A stretch of DNA of 64,000 nucleotides from the NCBI GenBank assembly GCA_951406725.2, contig OX597820.1:41354001-41418000 (forward strand), read 5' to 3'. Below are positions 46,757-59,600 of the stretch, one piece after another. A program made the position numbers and the translations under genes. Below the pieces are notes generated by a model that had not been told where the DNA came from, did no database searches, and worked only from the letters and a program-made list of their open reading frames with translations. How positions within the stretch are numbered: position 1 is the first letter of the stretch; each line of letters opens with the position of its first letter. The DNA comes from Octopus vulgaris. Taxonomy: Eukaryota.

Positions 46757-47583
46757 ATAACGAAAATAAATCAATGAAAATATACTTGTTTTATGATACA
46801 GACTGCATAATACCACTTAAGGGAAATAACTCTTAGTAGGTAGCTCGAACTAAGGGAAGCAATTTACTTTCATGTCATAACATTTATTTCCCTTGAAACT
46901 ATTTCAACTACAGTTAAGAGGAATTCGATTTTACTAGTCTAATCTTATCGTTCTGCGATTAATCGTGATGAACTAAATAATAACAAAACAATTCTCGGTT
47001 AAATGGTTATATGTATTTCAGTTATATGTTATTCATCTCTTAATAGGGGAGAATTTTGTTATTAAATTGTCACTAAATCTTTATCACTAGACAACAGACT
47101 GTATTTTAGTGGTACGATACCACAAAATAATTCGTCTGCTGTATAAATTAATAGAAGTCTATCTTTTTATTTTTTTGCGTAACATACAACAATTTCTGCT
47201 TTAAAATTGTCAGTAAAAAAACCTTAACATAGCATGCCCCAGTTACACAGTTCCTTTAACTGAGGACTGCTCTACTCTACACAATATTTTTAGAGGAACA
47301 CCATATCCAGTTCGATCAGGTGTGTAAAGCGTATATAAAATAAGACACCTAACACATACATTGATACTTCTGTTCTCACTGTTCTGTTCTTACTAGCAGT
47401 CTTGAAAGTTTCTATTGGACTGGCTCTATGACAGGCGTCTGAGTCTGACTAATATATTTACCCAAGAGATATCTTATAAATAAATTATCACACTTTGATC
47501 TATTTCATAAATGATATTAGGTCTGCACTTTATCATGATTGTTTTGAAGCATAACATCCCAAAATATTGTGTGCGTGTGTGTA

Positions 47584-47622
<39 letters not shown>

Positions 47623-47949
47623 AAGTATGTATATGTATGTGTGTGTACATATACATATATATACATATATCTTTTAGCTTTACTTGTTTCAGTCATTAAA
47701 CCAAGGCCATGACGGGGCACTTGCATTGGATTTTAGTCGAACGTATCGAGGCCAGTGAATATTTTCAGTTTTCGTCTACCAAATTCATACAAATCTTTGA
47801 TCGGTCTGAGGTTATAGGAAAAGACTTGCTCAAGAAGACACGCAGTACGACTGAACTGGTTACGTCATCGCCAAACCTGCACTTCCACATGTTTATGTGT
47901 ACATAAACACACACACACACGGATAGACATACCTGTTCCACGATACAAC

Positions 47950-48250
47950 TACATACGCTCCTAAACGCAAATGAGACGTCAGAAGTGTCGTTGTGAGTGC
48001 ATATCCCAAATCAGATAATACGATAACGATATGAGGATAACAATGTGATCAGCGAATACCGAAAGCATACCGAATACCAGGAATGTCGCAAGGCTAATAG
48101 AGAACAGAGAGATCCGTGGAGTTTTCGAGTGGTGTCCAAGAAGGGGGAATATATATAAAAAAAAGTCGAGCGCAAATGGAGGAAATGGGCACCATGAAAG
48201 GAACGAAAATAAGTGCATTCTAACCAAACTTATATGAGAACATCTACATA
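47950..48250 (+). mobile_element. RTE-like LINE C-terminal relic
   Basis: NVARLIENR...VFEWCPRRG resembles the RTE GHVAR...W.P..G.R..GRP motif. Confidence 0.4.
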
Positions 48251-48275
48251 ATTTGGTCGGAAGAACGATACATGC

Positions 48276-48334
<59 letters not shown>

Positions 48335-48372
48335 TGCATAGATCCCTACCTACTTACATACATACATACGTT

Positions 48373-48449
<77 letters not shown>

Positions 48450-48453
<4 letters not shown>

Positions 48454-49560
48454 CATTCCATAAATAATGCTTTTTTTATACTTTTATTTTTTTAAATTAA
48501 GGAAAACAAAGTTCTTTTTTTTTTCTAATATATACTCTCCTTCATTTTCTACAATGCTCTTCCATCTATCTGGTAGAATTGCAAGGCCCCTCTTCCGTAA
48601 TTCACATGACCATAACGAAAAATACTCCTCCAGCACTGTTCAGACCTAATCTACAGAATTCATATTTTTTCCGTCCAAATCATTTTGATGCGGAATAAAT
48701 GATAATCAGACGGGGCAATGTCCGGCAAATATGGTGGGGGATTGTTTGCCATTCAAACTGCTCCAGCCTTTGGAATGTCATCCTCACTGTATGTGGTCGA
48801 GTATTATCCTGATGGAAGAACACTTTTCGCCTTGAAACCAAAGATGGTCGTTTTCCTTCTAGCTACTCAAGCTGTTTACAGTAAATCTCCTTTGTTACCG
48901 TTTGGTTTGAGTTTAAATGTTCAAAGTGGACTAAACTTTTCATATCCCACCAAACAGACCTACTTTACTTGTGTGAAACCTGGGGTGCCGGTGTTTCTCC
49001 TTTCTCTACCCACTGTCTTCGGCGCCTGACATTTTTATAGAGAACAAGTTTCCCGTCGCCAGTCATTATTCGGTCCAAAAAAAAGGTTCTTAGTCGTGGC
49101 AGCAAAGGAGAGCACACATTCACTCTTCTGCGCGAGATTTCGGAAAGTTGGTGGGGAACCCATTGATCCAATTTGCTGACTTTTCCGGTGGCACGCAAGT
49201 GTCGATGAATGGTTGAATGACTAAATTCAAGCATCTCTGCTAGTTCCTCAACAGTTCCGATGGGCTTTTGTTCCAACAGGGTTTGCAGGACGCCCTCGTC
49301 GAGCTCTGCAGATCTTTCAGGTCGACACTCGTCTTCTAGGCTGTAGATTCCGGCTCGGAATTTCTGGAATCATCTTTGATACTGGCTTATGCTTATTGTC
49401 CGATCCCCATATACTGCATTAATATTCCTTGCACTTGCTGTTGCATTGTTATCTTTATTGAACTCATAAATCAAAATATGCCGAATATTCTCCTACTATA
49501 GCTTCGAAAAAAAAAAACTGTTAAAATCGAACTGCATTCTTCAAAATTTGCATTGAGAAT
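48450..49560 (-). mobile_element. Mariner DNA transposon relic with a pseudogenised transposase
   Basis: Minus-strand HILIYEFNK..ATASARNINAVYG, WVPHQLSE, FLDRIMTGD and PPYLPDIAPSDYHLF motifs, with stops, frameshifts and an internal deletion. A TIR-like end gggtcattccataaataatgc follows TA at 48448-48449. Confidence 0.9.
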
Positions 49561-49802
49561 AATTTCATTTCCTTTATGCTTTTTGTCATATATCTTTTGT
49601 GGTTCTTTATGAATTTGCAATGGTATCTAGGTCTGAACGCTTGCCAAATCCTGTGCAGTACGCTATACAAGGCTTTCCGCTTACAGTGCTTTACAACCAC
49701 AAGACTTGAAGTAGCTCACTTAAAACTCCTGTATTCATTAAGGGATATTCCTCTTTATTTGACAAGAGCGCTTTTTTATTGATCCTCTTATCAAGTGAAG
49801 AG

Positions 49803-49904
<102 letters not shown>

Positions 49905-50210
49905 CATGCATGTATGTGTAAGTGTATGTAAATATGCATGCACGTATACCTTTTCATCAGATGTCGAATGAAGTTCCGCAGGTTCAAGTATTAACAGAAA
50001 AGATGATGACAACATACATACATACATACATACATACACACACATACATAGACACACATGCATGCATACATACACACACGTGCATATATGCATACACATA
50101 CATATATTCATGCATACATATATGCCTGCGTAGATACAGGCACACATACATACATACGTGCATACATACATACATACATACATACATACATACATACATA
50201 CATACATACA

Positions 50211-50242
<32 letters not shown>

Positions 50243-50559
50243 AATTATTTGATACAAGATCATAAATTTGAAGAGGGAAGAAAATTATGTTTTAACGTTC
50301 AGTATTAATTTGCAGCATATAAACAGAAATATGACGCTGAGTTGTTCAACTAATATGGAAAGATATTATCAGCTGGATCTAAAATCGCATTAAATGTTGT
50401 AAACTCAGTAATATGTACTGGGCAATGCATCAACAACATATAATGCAACTTTGAATATGAGCGTGGCTAGAAATGTTCTACGCTGATAAACAAATATTTA
50501 TACACCACTCGGACTTACCGCAAGCTATAAACGTGCCAACATAGATAGCTGAACGGAGT

Positions 50560-50740
50560 CATTCGATCAGCTAGAAATAGCAGTCAACCCCCCACCCCCT
50601 TAAATCACACGCTGCTACCTTGGAAAGAACATGATGGAAACCATAGTCCTGGTTTCCCTGTGCATTAGGAATGATCATGGCTGGCGTGCATTTAACCATG
50701 TCTGTTCAGTCAGGGTTGACCTGCAATCTAGTTAACAAAA
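50560..50740 (+). repeat. Old dispersed ~200-bp repeat (copies at ~13850-14060 -, ~19100-19250 -, ~51520-51700, ~51820-51940, ~57000-57140, ~60760-60930)
   Basis: Shared gctagaaatagcagccaaatct.cctcaaatcacac...ggtca.ggctggaatgc.tt.gatcataggcctgctc motif; some copies end in (CAA)n-like tails. Confidence 0.6.
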
Positions 50741-51948
50741 GACTGCACAGGTAACAATGCTGTCAGCAAGATAGGTGAAACTATAGATGCAATTATAAAC
50801 TAAACTTCCCGCATTTGAATGTAACTGTAGCCATGGTTGCAGCAGTATTTAGCGACAATGCACGTCTTTCAATCTAAATGAACAACCACTTCACAGCACT
50901 ATTTATCCTTTCGTTCGCTGAACACTAAACATGGGCTACTAGACCCCCGATCGGAAGATTTCCCTCAGTCACCATCTCACCCTTGTACACCATTTACAGC
51001 TGAGAGAGCTGGAACAACGTGAAATGAAGTATTTTGCTGATGAACATAACGCACAGCCAGTCTGGGAATCGAAGCCATGATCTCGCGATTGGTGAGTTCA
51101 ATACCCTAATCACTAGGCCACTTGACTACAGTACTGAGCAAAGTTTTCATCATTGTAGATGATCGTGAGAAAAATTGAAAATATCCTCAAGAGTAGGCAT
51201 ACTAAGGAAAACAAAACAAACATTTTTATTCAGATTCAGAGGAAAGAAATTACCCTCAATAGTTTCTTTTTTTTCTTTTGTGAATCAATACCACAACACA
51301 GTGATCAAAACAGAAGTCCTCCATCAACCTATGAAGACAAATAAATAAAAATGAAGCTTGCTCTTCTTGAGAATAAAATATATTATCCTCTTGTAGCCTT
51401 TTGAAATACGTAAACATACCAATAAAATAACTGTATTTTAGATGTTCAAAATCATACAGCCTTTAATACTTGTGTATGTCTCGCACTGACCAACAATTCT
51501 TTATCAGTCTTGTAAAGGCGCTTGATCAACTAAAAATCGCTATGAAATTTCCCTCAAATTACACCAGCCATCTTAATAACAGTTGCATGGTGTCCTGGTC
51601 ACATTATCCTGAAAACCTCTGGGAATTGTTATAATTGTAAAATGCTTCATCACGGAACTGCTAGGTCAGGTTCAACATGGGACTCAACAGTAACAACAGT
51701 ATCGACTTTCCACCCACCACAAACTGTTAGTGAATGAGATCCCATGTACTATTAAATTAGATTAGTAATAGGAGAAGTTGAACGTAGTAATTTTCACTAA
51801 ACTGTCTCGTCCACTTAATTGACTGATGACAAATTGTGGTAGAAACAGCAGCCAATTCACACTCAAATCACGTCCTACAGTTGAATGAAGATGGTTACAC
51901 TGGGTTGTGTAATTATAGACACATTATGTCAGAAAAGATAAGATATTA

Positions 51949-52364
51949 GGCGCAGGAGTGGCTGTGTGGTAAGTAGCTTGTTTACCAACCACATGGTTCC
52001 GGGTTCAGTCCCACTGCGTGGCACCTTGCGCAAGTGTCTTCTACTATAGCCTCGGGCCGACCAAAGCCTTGTGAGTGGATTTGGTAGACGGAAACTGAAA
52101 GAAGTCCGTCGTATATATGTATATATATATGTATATGTGTGTGTGCGTGTATGTTTGTGTTTGTCCCCCTAGCATTGCTTGACAACCGATGCAGGTGTGT
52201 TTATGTCTCCGTTACTTAGTGGTTCGGCAAAAGAGACCGATAAAATAAGTACTGGGCTTACAAAAAGAATAAGTCCCGGGGTCGAGTTGCTCGATTAAAG
52301 GCGGTGCTCCAGCATGGCTGCAGTCAAATGACTGAAACAAGTAAAAGAGTAAAAGAGTAAAGAG
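51949..52364 (+). mobile_element. SINE family B
   Basis: Nearly identical to 15456-15895; 5-bp TSD tatta. Confidence 0.9.
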
Positions 52365-52624
52365 TATTATTGTCACATCATTTTGTTGAACACAATATAA
52401 ACATACTGGACCCGATCTGACACGAGCGAACTACAACAGCAGTAACCAATGGCGAACGAAAACATGTGAAGACAACTATTATTTTCTAACAGTCACATTC
52501 TAGCGCGTGTATGACCGTGTGTGTGTGTGTGTGTGTGTGCATGTGGTGCAGGTGTTTGTGTGTTTATGTAGGTACGTGTGAAAATGAAATATGTCTTAAA
52601 TTAGTATATATATATATTGTCTCA

Positions 52625-53025
52625 AGGCAGCAAGCTGGCAGAATCGTTAGCACGCTGGGCGAAATGCGTAGCCGTATTTCGTCTGCCGTTACGTTCTAAG
52701 TTCAAATTCCGCCGAGGTCGACTTTGCCTTTCATCCTTTAGGGGTCGATAAATAAAGTACCAGTTACGCACTGGGGTCGATGTAATCGACTTGATCCGTT
52801 TGTCTGTCCTTGTTTGTCCCCTCTATGTTTAGCCCCTTGTGGGTAATAAAGAAACAGATATTTCACTTGTCTTTACGTTCTGAGTTCAAATTCCGCCGGA
52901 GTTGACTTTGCCTGTCATCACCTTTAAGGGTAAAAAAAAAAAAATGAGTAGCATGTAAGCACTGGGGCCGATGTAATCGACTCAGCCTCTCTCAGAAATT
53001 GCTGACCTTGTACCAAAATTTAAAA
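52625..53025 (+). mobile_element. SINE family A, dimer
   Basis: Full head, core and tail, then a second headless unit with the alternative tail. Confidence 0.85.
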
Positions 53026-53264
53026 TCACTATATATATTCAGATTTGCGGTGAAATTACAATATGTTGTCAAACCTCTGAACATTCAACCGAAGAGTGTT
53101 CAGCTGGTTTCGTATTCCTGAAACTCATCTGGGATCACTTTCTGCTTCTCTCAACAATAGTTTACTTAGTTTTCCCATAGGAAGATACACACTTTTTAAC
53201 TTGAACAGCATGATGTAAGAAACCCTTTGTATTTTGAGTATGAGATTAATTATGCTGTTAAGAA

Positions 53265-53851
53265 GGCGGCGAGCTGGCAGAAACGTTAGCACGCCGGGCG
53301 AAATGCTTAGAGGTATTTCGTCTGCGTTACGTTGTGAGTTCAAATTCCGCCGAGGTCGACTTTGCATTTCATCCTTTCGGGGTCGATAAATCAAGTACCA
53401 GTTACGAACTAGGGTCGATGTAATCGACTTAATACCTATGTCTGTCCTTGTTTGTTGCCTCTGTGTTTAGCCCCTTGTGGGTAATAAAGAAATAGAAATA
53501 GGTATTTCGTATGCCGTTACGTTCTGAGTTCAAATTCCGCCGAAGTCGACTTTGACTTTCATCCTTTCGGGGTCGATTAAATAAGTGCCAGTTACGCATT
53601 GGGGTCGATATAATCGACTTAATCCGTTTGTCTGTCCTTGTTTGTCCTCTCTGTGTTTAGCCCCTTGTGTGCAATGAAGAAATAGGTATTTCGTCTTTCT
53701 CTACGTTCTGAGTTCAAATTCCGCCGAGGTCGACTTTGCCTTTCATCTTTTCGGGGTCGATAAATTAAGTACCATTCGCGTACTGGGGTCGATCTAATGG
53801 ACTATCAAACCCATCCCACCAAAATTTCGGGCCTTGTGCCAAAAGTAGAAA
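53265..53851 (+). mobile_element. tRNA-derived SINE family A (Meta/MESC-like core), head-to-tail trimer
   Basis: Pol III A box (agctggcagaaacg) and B box (gagttcaaattcc). Core gcctttcatcctttcggggtcgataaattaagtaccag repeated three times. ~22-bp TSD at 53243-53264 / 53852-53873 (3 mismatches). Confidence 0.9.
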
Positions 53852-54737
53852 AGATTAACTATGCTATTAATAAGCATACATAATTCTCATATATATGTTT
53901 TTCTACTGTAAGCAGAAGGCCTGAAATTTTAAGATAGGGGTTGACTACTCGATTACATCGTTCCCGGTGCTCAACTGGTATTTATTTTATCCCGAAAGGA
54001 CGAATCGCAACGTTTATATCGACGGAATTTGTATGAATTCTATACATACTTTCATGCAAAGCCACTTCTGTAATGTTGTTTGTTTGTTTCTGAGGTGGAG
54101 GAATATGCCTGTGCGTGTGAGTATGCGTGCGTGTGTGCATATGTGTGCGTGTGTGTGCATGTGTGTGCGTGAGTGTGCGTGCATGCGTATGTGTGAGAGA
54201 AAGAGAGAGGGGTTTGGGGAGATAGAGTGCGCGTGCGTGTGTGTATTGCTCGGACTAAATGTCAGATATAATCTAATTTTGTTCTTTGTTCCGGGTTCAG
54301 ATTCTTGTCAAATCGACTGTACAGACAGCCATCTTTCCATTATTTTTATTTTCTATTTAATTTTTTTTTTTTTTTGAGCATTAAAATAAATTACAATAAA
54401 TTAAATCCACTGAACCCATTCTCTTCTAACTGCTTCGCTAAAATAGAATTTTTCATTAACCACGCTGTCTTCTTTTTTTTTTTTTTTGTCTGAATTGGAA
54501 ATGGCCCTAGAATTGTTAAATTGTTATTCTTGAACATAAGGCATAAACATCGAAATCAACAGTTCTTTATGGTGATTCTTACATTTATTACCATCGCCAC
54601 CTATTCTGTTTACTGTCTTGAAAAACTACAAAAGACCTTGCCACGTTTCTTAATCCACATTTGTCAGATACCCTAGAGTTTATACTAACCTTGTATTTGT
54701 TAAACGGAATATAACAAAATATGATATATATACATAG

Positions 54738-54896
54738 ACGCAGGCGTGACTGCTTGGTAAGAAGCTTGTTCCCAACCACATTGTTCTGGGTTCAGTTGCA
54801 CAGCGTGGCACCTTGAGCAAGTGTCTTCTATTATAGCCACAGGCCGACCAAAGTCTTGTGAGCGGACTTGATAGAAGAAAGCTGAAAGAAGCTCCT

Positions 54897-54962
<66 letters not shown>

Positions 54963-55132
54963 GGTCCCGGGTTGAGTCGGGGTTAACCACAGTAAATAAG
55001 GTACTCAATACATGGCAGAGTAAATTAATTTATTTTATAGAAGGATCTTCTACAGGACTAGAACTGTTTCATTCCTGATGATTTCATTTGAATGAAACAG
55101 TTCTAGTCCTGTAAACTCCTTCTATAAAATAA

Positions 55133-55184
<52 letters not shown>

Positions 55185-55408
55185 TTGTGTGCGTGTGTTT
55201 TTGTGTCAATGTTTGTCCATCCGCCCACCGCTTGGCAACCGATGTTGGTGTGTTTACGTCCCCGTAACTTTGCAGTTTGCCAAAAGAGACCGGGAGGGTA
55301 AGTACTAGGCTTACAATGAATAAATCCTCGATTATTTGGACTAAAAATACCCCTTTAAGGTGGTGCTCCAACATGACCGCAGTCAGATGACTGAAACAAG
55401 TAAAAGAA
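54738..55408 (+). mobile_element. SINE family B with a nested hairpin insertion in its microsatellite
   Basis: Head/CORE at 54738-54900 and 3' domain at ~55200-55408, separated by (TA)n, an insertion and (TG)n. Confidence 0.85.
55028..55134. repeat. Near-perfect hairpin (24-bp inner and 18-bp outer stem)
   Basis: tacaggactagaactgtttcattc 55051-55074 / gaatgaaacagttctagtcctgta 55090-55113; atttattttatagaagga 55028-55045 / tccttctataaaataaat 55117-55134. Confidence 0.95.
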
Positions 55409-55634
55409 TATTTAAGACATTTTTTGATACCTTCTTATTATAGATAATTTCGTTTTTGATTGTTGATGTAAATTTTTTGCAAAGCATCAAATATATTAGA
55501 ATGAAAGGAAATTGTATTTGGGCCCTCAAAGTGAAGGAAAGGTATCCTGCCAAATAATGTTGTAGCAGGAGAAAATAAATGACAGCATAGAGACACACGG
55601 AAACATACAAACACACACTTAGACAAATACTTAA

Positions 55635-55770
55635 GCACACACATGCGTACACACACGTGTACACACACACACATGCGTACACACACACACATGCGTACAC
55701 ACACACACATGCGTACACACACACACATGCGTACACACACACATGCGTACACACACACACACATGTGTAC
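55635..55770. repeat. 18-bp minisatellite (ACATGCGTACACACACAC)n
   Basis: Direct tandem copies visible; gives YACVCV repeats in the ORF track. Confidence 0.9.
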
Positions 55771-55898
55771 ACACGCACATACATATGAATGAAACAATGC
55801 TTAGTTTAGGTCACAAGAGTTGCTATGGACAACAGTGCATCGACTGAATATGACATAATGGGCTTGTTTGCTAGCTATTATTTAAGTTGATTTGCGCT

Positions 55899-55956
<58 letters not shown>

Positions 55957-56483
55957 ACACGCACACACACACATGCGCGCGCACATACACACAAGTATGT
56001 ACATGTATGTATATGTGTGTGTGTGTGTGTTTGTTTTCACTCGTGAATGAACTACCGACTATGGCTATCAATCAGTTGTCATGCGCGCAAAGCATCTACT
56101 CCAAGCAGTCCTGTTTATGGATAGCTGCCCTCCTGGTCGTGGTATTAATGTTTTTCCTGCTCATCATTCATTTTATTGTGTCTTTGAAACGATGTCAAGG
56201 CTTCCCACGGAGATGTTTTCCATTTGAAAGTAGAAAGAACTACAGTTGCCGACGTAAAATCATGTGGCTCATTCGTCGTAAATACATGGCCCAGCGGAAA
56301 TTTCGTTGGATTTAAATATATACCATGCTGGGAAATCCAGCTTTTTCTTGTATTATTTTTTTGGTTTTTTAATCAGCAAAATGACCTTCGGGATGTTTCG
56401 AGTTTTCTTACACACTTGAACACAAGCTTTTACAATATATTCATACACAGTTGCTGACATTCAATCTCTGTGTTTACTCCTCC

Positions 56484-56522
<39 letters not shown>

Positions 56523-57232
56523 CACACGCATGCACAATCATCTATAGACCCCACATACACACGCACATAATCGTATACTTAAAGGCTAAATAAACACGAC
56601 TATGAAAGAAAAAACAGTCATAAACGCTTGACTTTTATGATAAAAATTGTTTTTCGTTGGAAGCTTCAGTCCTATTGACTTGTATGTTTGGAAGAAATGG
56701 AAGTTGTGATGCCCCTTAGTTTCTTAAAACCAAAAGAAGCAAAAAAAACAAAAACAGTCGAAAATTTATTTTACCAAGAGATTTTTTTTTCATCTGACAA
56801 TATTTTGTTTTAAAATACTTACGAAGTAGAGTAATATAGAAAAATCGATTGGCATCCATTTTGTTGACGAAAATCTAGGACTGTAATAGATTCTGTAATT
56901 CGATTTCGTACACATGACGTTTTAGCTCAAACTCCACCAAAGATAACTTTCTCTAACGAATGCTTTTAGGTGGGTACAAGAAAAAACGACTAAATTTCCT
57001 ATAAATTACACCCTATCCTTTTGCAAAGGGAATCATACATTGGTTTAGATACACCATAAAGAAGTACTGGGTGGTCACTGCCGGAATGCCTTAGATCATA
57101 GGCCTGCTCTGTCTGGACTGTCTTGGGGCAAAGCAGCAATAATAACAACAATACGTCTGAAAATGGGATGAATTGATTTAATGTAACACACAAACACACA
57201 CACATACACGCATGCACACACACACATATTAC

Positions 57233-57619
57233 GAGTAGAGGCGAGCTGCTATCATCTCTAGCAGACGAGGTGTCTAGTACTGAGGAGTGGCAGAAATAGC
57301 CCGAATTGGCATGCTGGTCCCGTCGCTAGAAGACGGTAAGGTTCACTTCCCTGCTCGCAATTCTACCGGATACAGCAGTGCATCGTTAACCAGCTAGAGG
57401 AGATGTCTTCTTGGGCTTCAAACATCGCAGTGGTGTCTGCTCGAACGGACAGCCATGTTAAAGTGGCTACAAATATTACTTGTTAATACAACTACTGCGT
57501 TGATCTCTTAGAGGAATTTTAGAAATAGCGATTTTGCTTGTTGCAAAATCAGCGACTGTGTGTTCGCTTAAAATATATATGTTGCAAGCGGAGGCGAGCT
57601 GCTATCATCGCTAGCAGAC
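57233..57619 (+). mobile_element. Retrozyme-like tandem repeat: unit 1 (~353 bp) plus the start of unit 2
   Basis: gaggcgagctgctatcatc(t/g)ctagcagac occurs at 57238 and 57591 (period 353). Unit 1 holds a degenerate hammerhead at 57257-57330 (CTGAGGA at 57280; stem III partly deleted). Confidence 0.75.
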
Positions 57620-57871
57620 TCGTGTCAGGCTTTTTTGGTTGTCGCTTATTTGAGTTCGTGAGTTCAAATTTGTTATATATTTAATGTTTTGTTGTTATTG
57701 CTGTATTTGTTGGAATTGAACTGTTGTTTATTTGTTAATTTCTATTTTTGCCCTTCCGGGCAGAAAAGTCTTAAATTCTGAAATATTGTTGTGAAAGTGA
57801 CAACTGTGATTTGTCTAATTTTATTCCTTTTTGAAGGAATTTGTTTACTGTGAAAAATTTTTCTTCACGTC

Positions 57872-58980
57872 ATGGATTACAATTTGCTTTTGTATAAAGA
57901 TTTCCCGGAGATGGAAAAAGCTAACAATAATGAAAATTTAACGCAAGTGCAAAAGGAAAAGCAAAGTTTTTCAGCCGCAGTGGGCGGCAACATGGTAACA
58001 ATGGAAGTTACAATGGCAGAACATTTTAAATATAGGAACCTTGTCAAAAAAGCAGGTAGTGATACAAAACTACTCTCTCCTAAAGAGGTTTTACAGAATA
58101 TTGCGGTAAAAACTGTAGTGTACAAAACGTACAGTATAAAAGAAAAGAGAACAACGACATGTAAAAGTGAGGCAATAGAAAAATGTTTGTCGCCAATCTG
58201 GGACAGAATAATTTACGTCAGCCGTGGGTCGAAGCTCAATTCGCCGATGAAGAAACGGCAAAGGATTTATCGACAATGACCTTCAAAAATGAAGAGGTAT
58301 ATTACTGCCGACGTAATTGGGCAGACGAACCGCTAAAATTAAAGTGGAAGAAATTCCGGCAGGTTTCGACGTTATATGGAAAGCGGCGGCCATTACATAT
58401 GACCTGGAAGAGGAAATGAGCATTCTGCGAATGCAAAAACAAAAAAGGAAGCAGAGAATTGAAAAGGTCAGTCCCTCGAGATGGTCGTACAGGTCAAACC
58501 TGATATCCTTGAGGGACTGCCCGATAGAGTAGTTATAGGTGAGGGGCTAAGCGTAAGGGTCGGAGTAGAAGGCCGCGTTGCTTTAAATGCGGTGAGAAGG
58601 GTCACGTTCGCTTAGACTGTAAAGCAAAGAAGCACGAAGCCCCTCCACGACAAGAACCACAAAACGCGAAGCAGACAAAAGAACAACCAGTAAAACAAGC
58701 AAAAGTTACACAAGAACCCAAGGAAGATCGGAAAAAAACCCATAGAGACAACGATACAAACCAACCACAGAAGGTGACAAAATGGAGATTACCACAGTTA
58801 AATCCCGAAAAAAGAAAAAAATTCCCCAGCCCCAGACTCCCCACCCATAGGAATAAAACATCCAAAGCAAATGCAGACACATACGAAACCCCGCAGACCA
58901 CTCCCTCGTTAAAACCCATTTCCCATTCCCACCCCAAGACGCAGAACAAAATATTTTCTTTTATTGACAATAATAAGGTG
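57872..58980 (+). pseudogene. LINE ORF1 (gag-like zinc-knuckle protein), frameshifted
   Basis: Broken overlapping ORFs (57872-58279, 58183-58419, 58317-58532). VGVEGR precedes the CX2CX4HX4C knuckle, followed by a K/Q/E/P-rich tail. The 3' limit is approximate. Confidence 0.75.
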
Positions 58981-59394
58981 CTTGGCTCAGTAATCCGAGC
59001 TCACTATAAAGCTCAAGTGTATAAAACTAGAAAAGACATTCCACCTCACATTAGAATTGTTAGAATGGAGGCCCATAACTCTACTTAATGTAGAGTTAAA
59101 GATTTTGGCCAAGGTGCTAGCGAAGAGGTTGGCGCGTGTTGCGGAGAAACTTGTTGAGAGGGCCCAGACATGAGTCATCCCAGGCAGGTCGATCCAAGAA
59201 ATCTCCATCTCGTGCGCTACACATTAGAGAGGGTAGGTAAGTTATCCAGTAAAGGTGGGGTACTGGTCCATTTAGGGCTGGAGAAAAGACGCCTGTCGCG
59301 AAGTGTATACGAGAAAAGATGGAAGGATGTGGATAGAAAGTTGGGGTTGGAACGACCCGGCTTAATCTCAACCATAGTAAGGTAGTACGGTGTA

Positions 59395-59600
59395 AAGGGA
59401 AAGTTTACGAAAATAAACAAAAGACGAAGGCAGGTGGAGTACAAACAAATGTATTAGTATAGCGCTCAGGAATAGAAATAGAAAAAGTCTTTTACGTTTC
59501 GAGCCTACGCTCTTCGACAGAAAGATACACAGAAAAAACAAGGAGAGAAACAAGGGGAGAAAAAAATGCGTGTAGGAGGTAACGATCTATCATGGCGTGA
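59395..59600 (-). mobile_element. Penelope-like terminal-repeat fragment with a minimal hammerhead, nested in the LINE 3' UTR
   Basis: Perfect 9-bp TSD tacggtgta (59386-59394, 59601-59609). Minus strand 59525-59488 reads tcttt-CTGTCGA-A-gagc-gtag-gctc-GAAA-cg-TA-aaaga. A homologous copy lies at ~32240-32430. Confidence 0.7.

Noticed and set aside
53265-53851. CRISPR-like repeat-spacer array
   Set aside because: Units are ~185-bp SINE cores without unique spacers; eukaryotic context, no cas genes.
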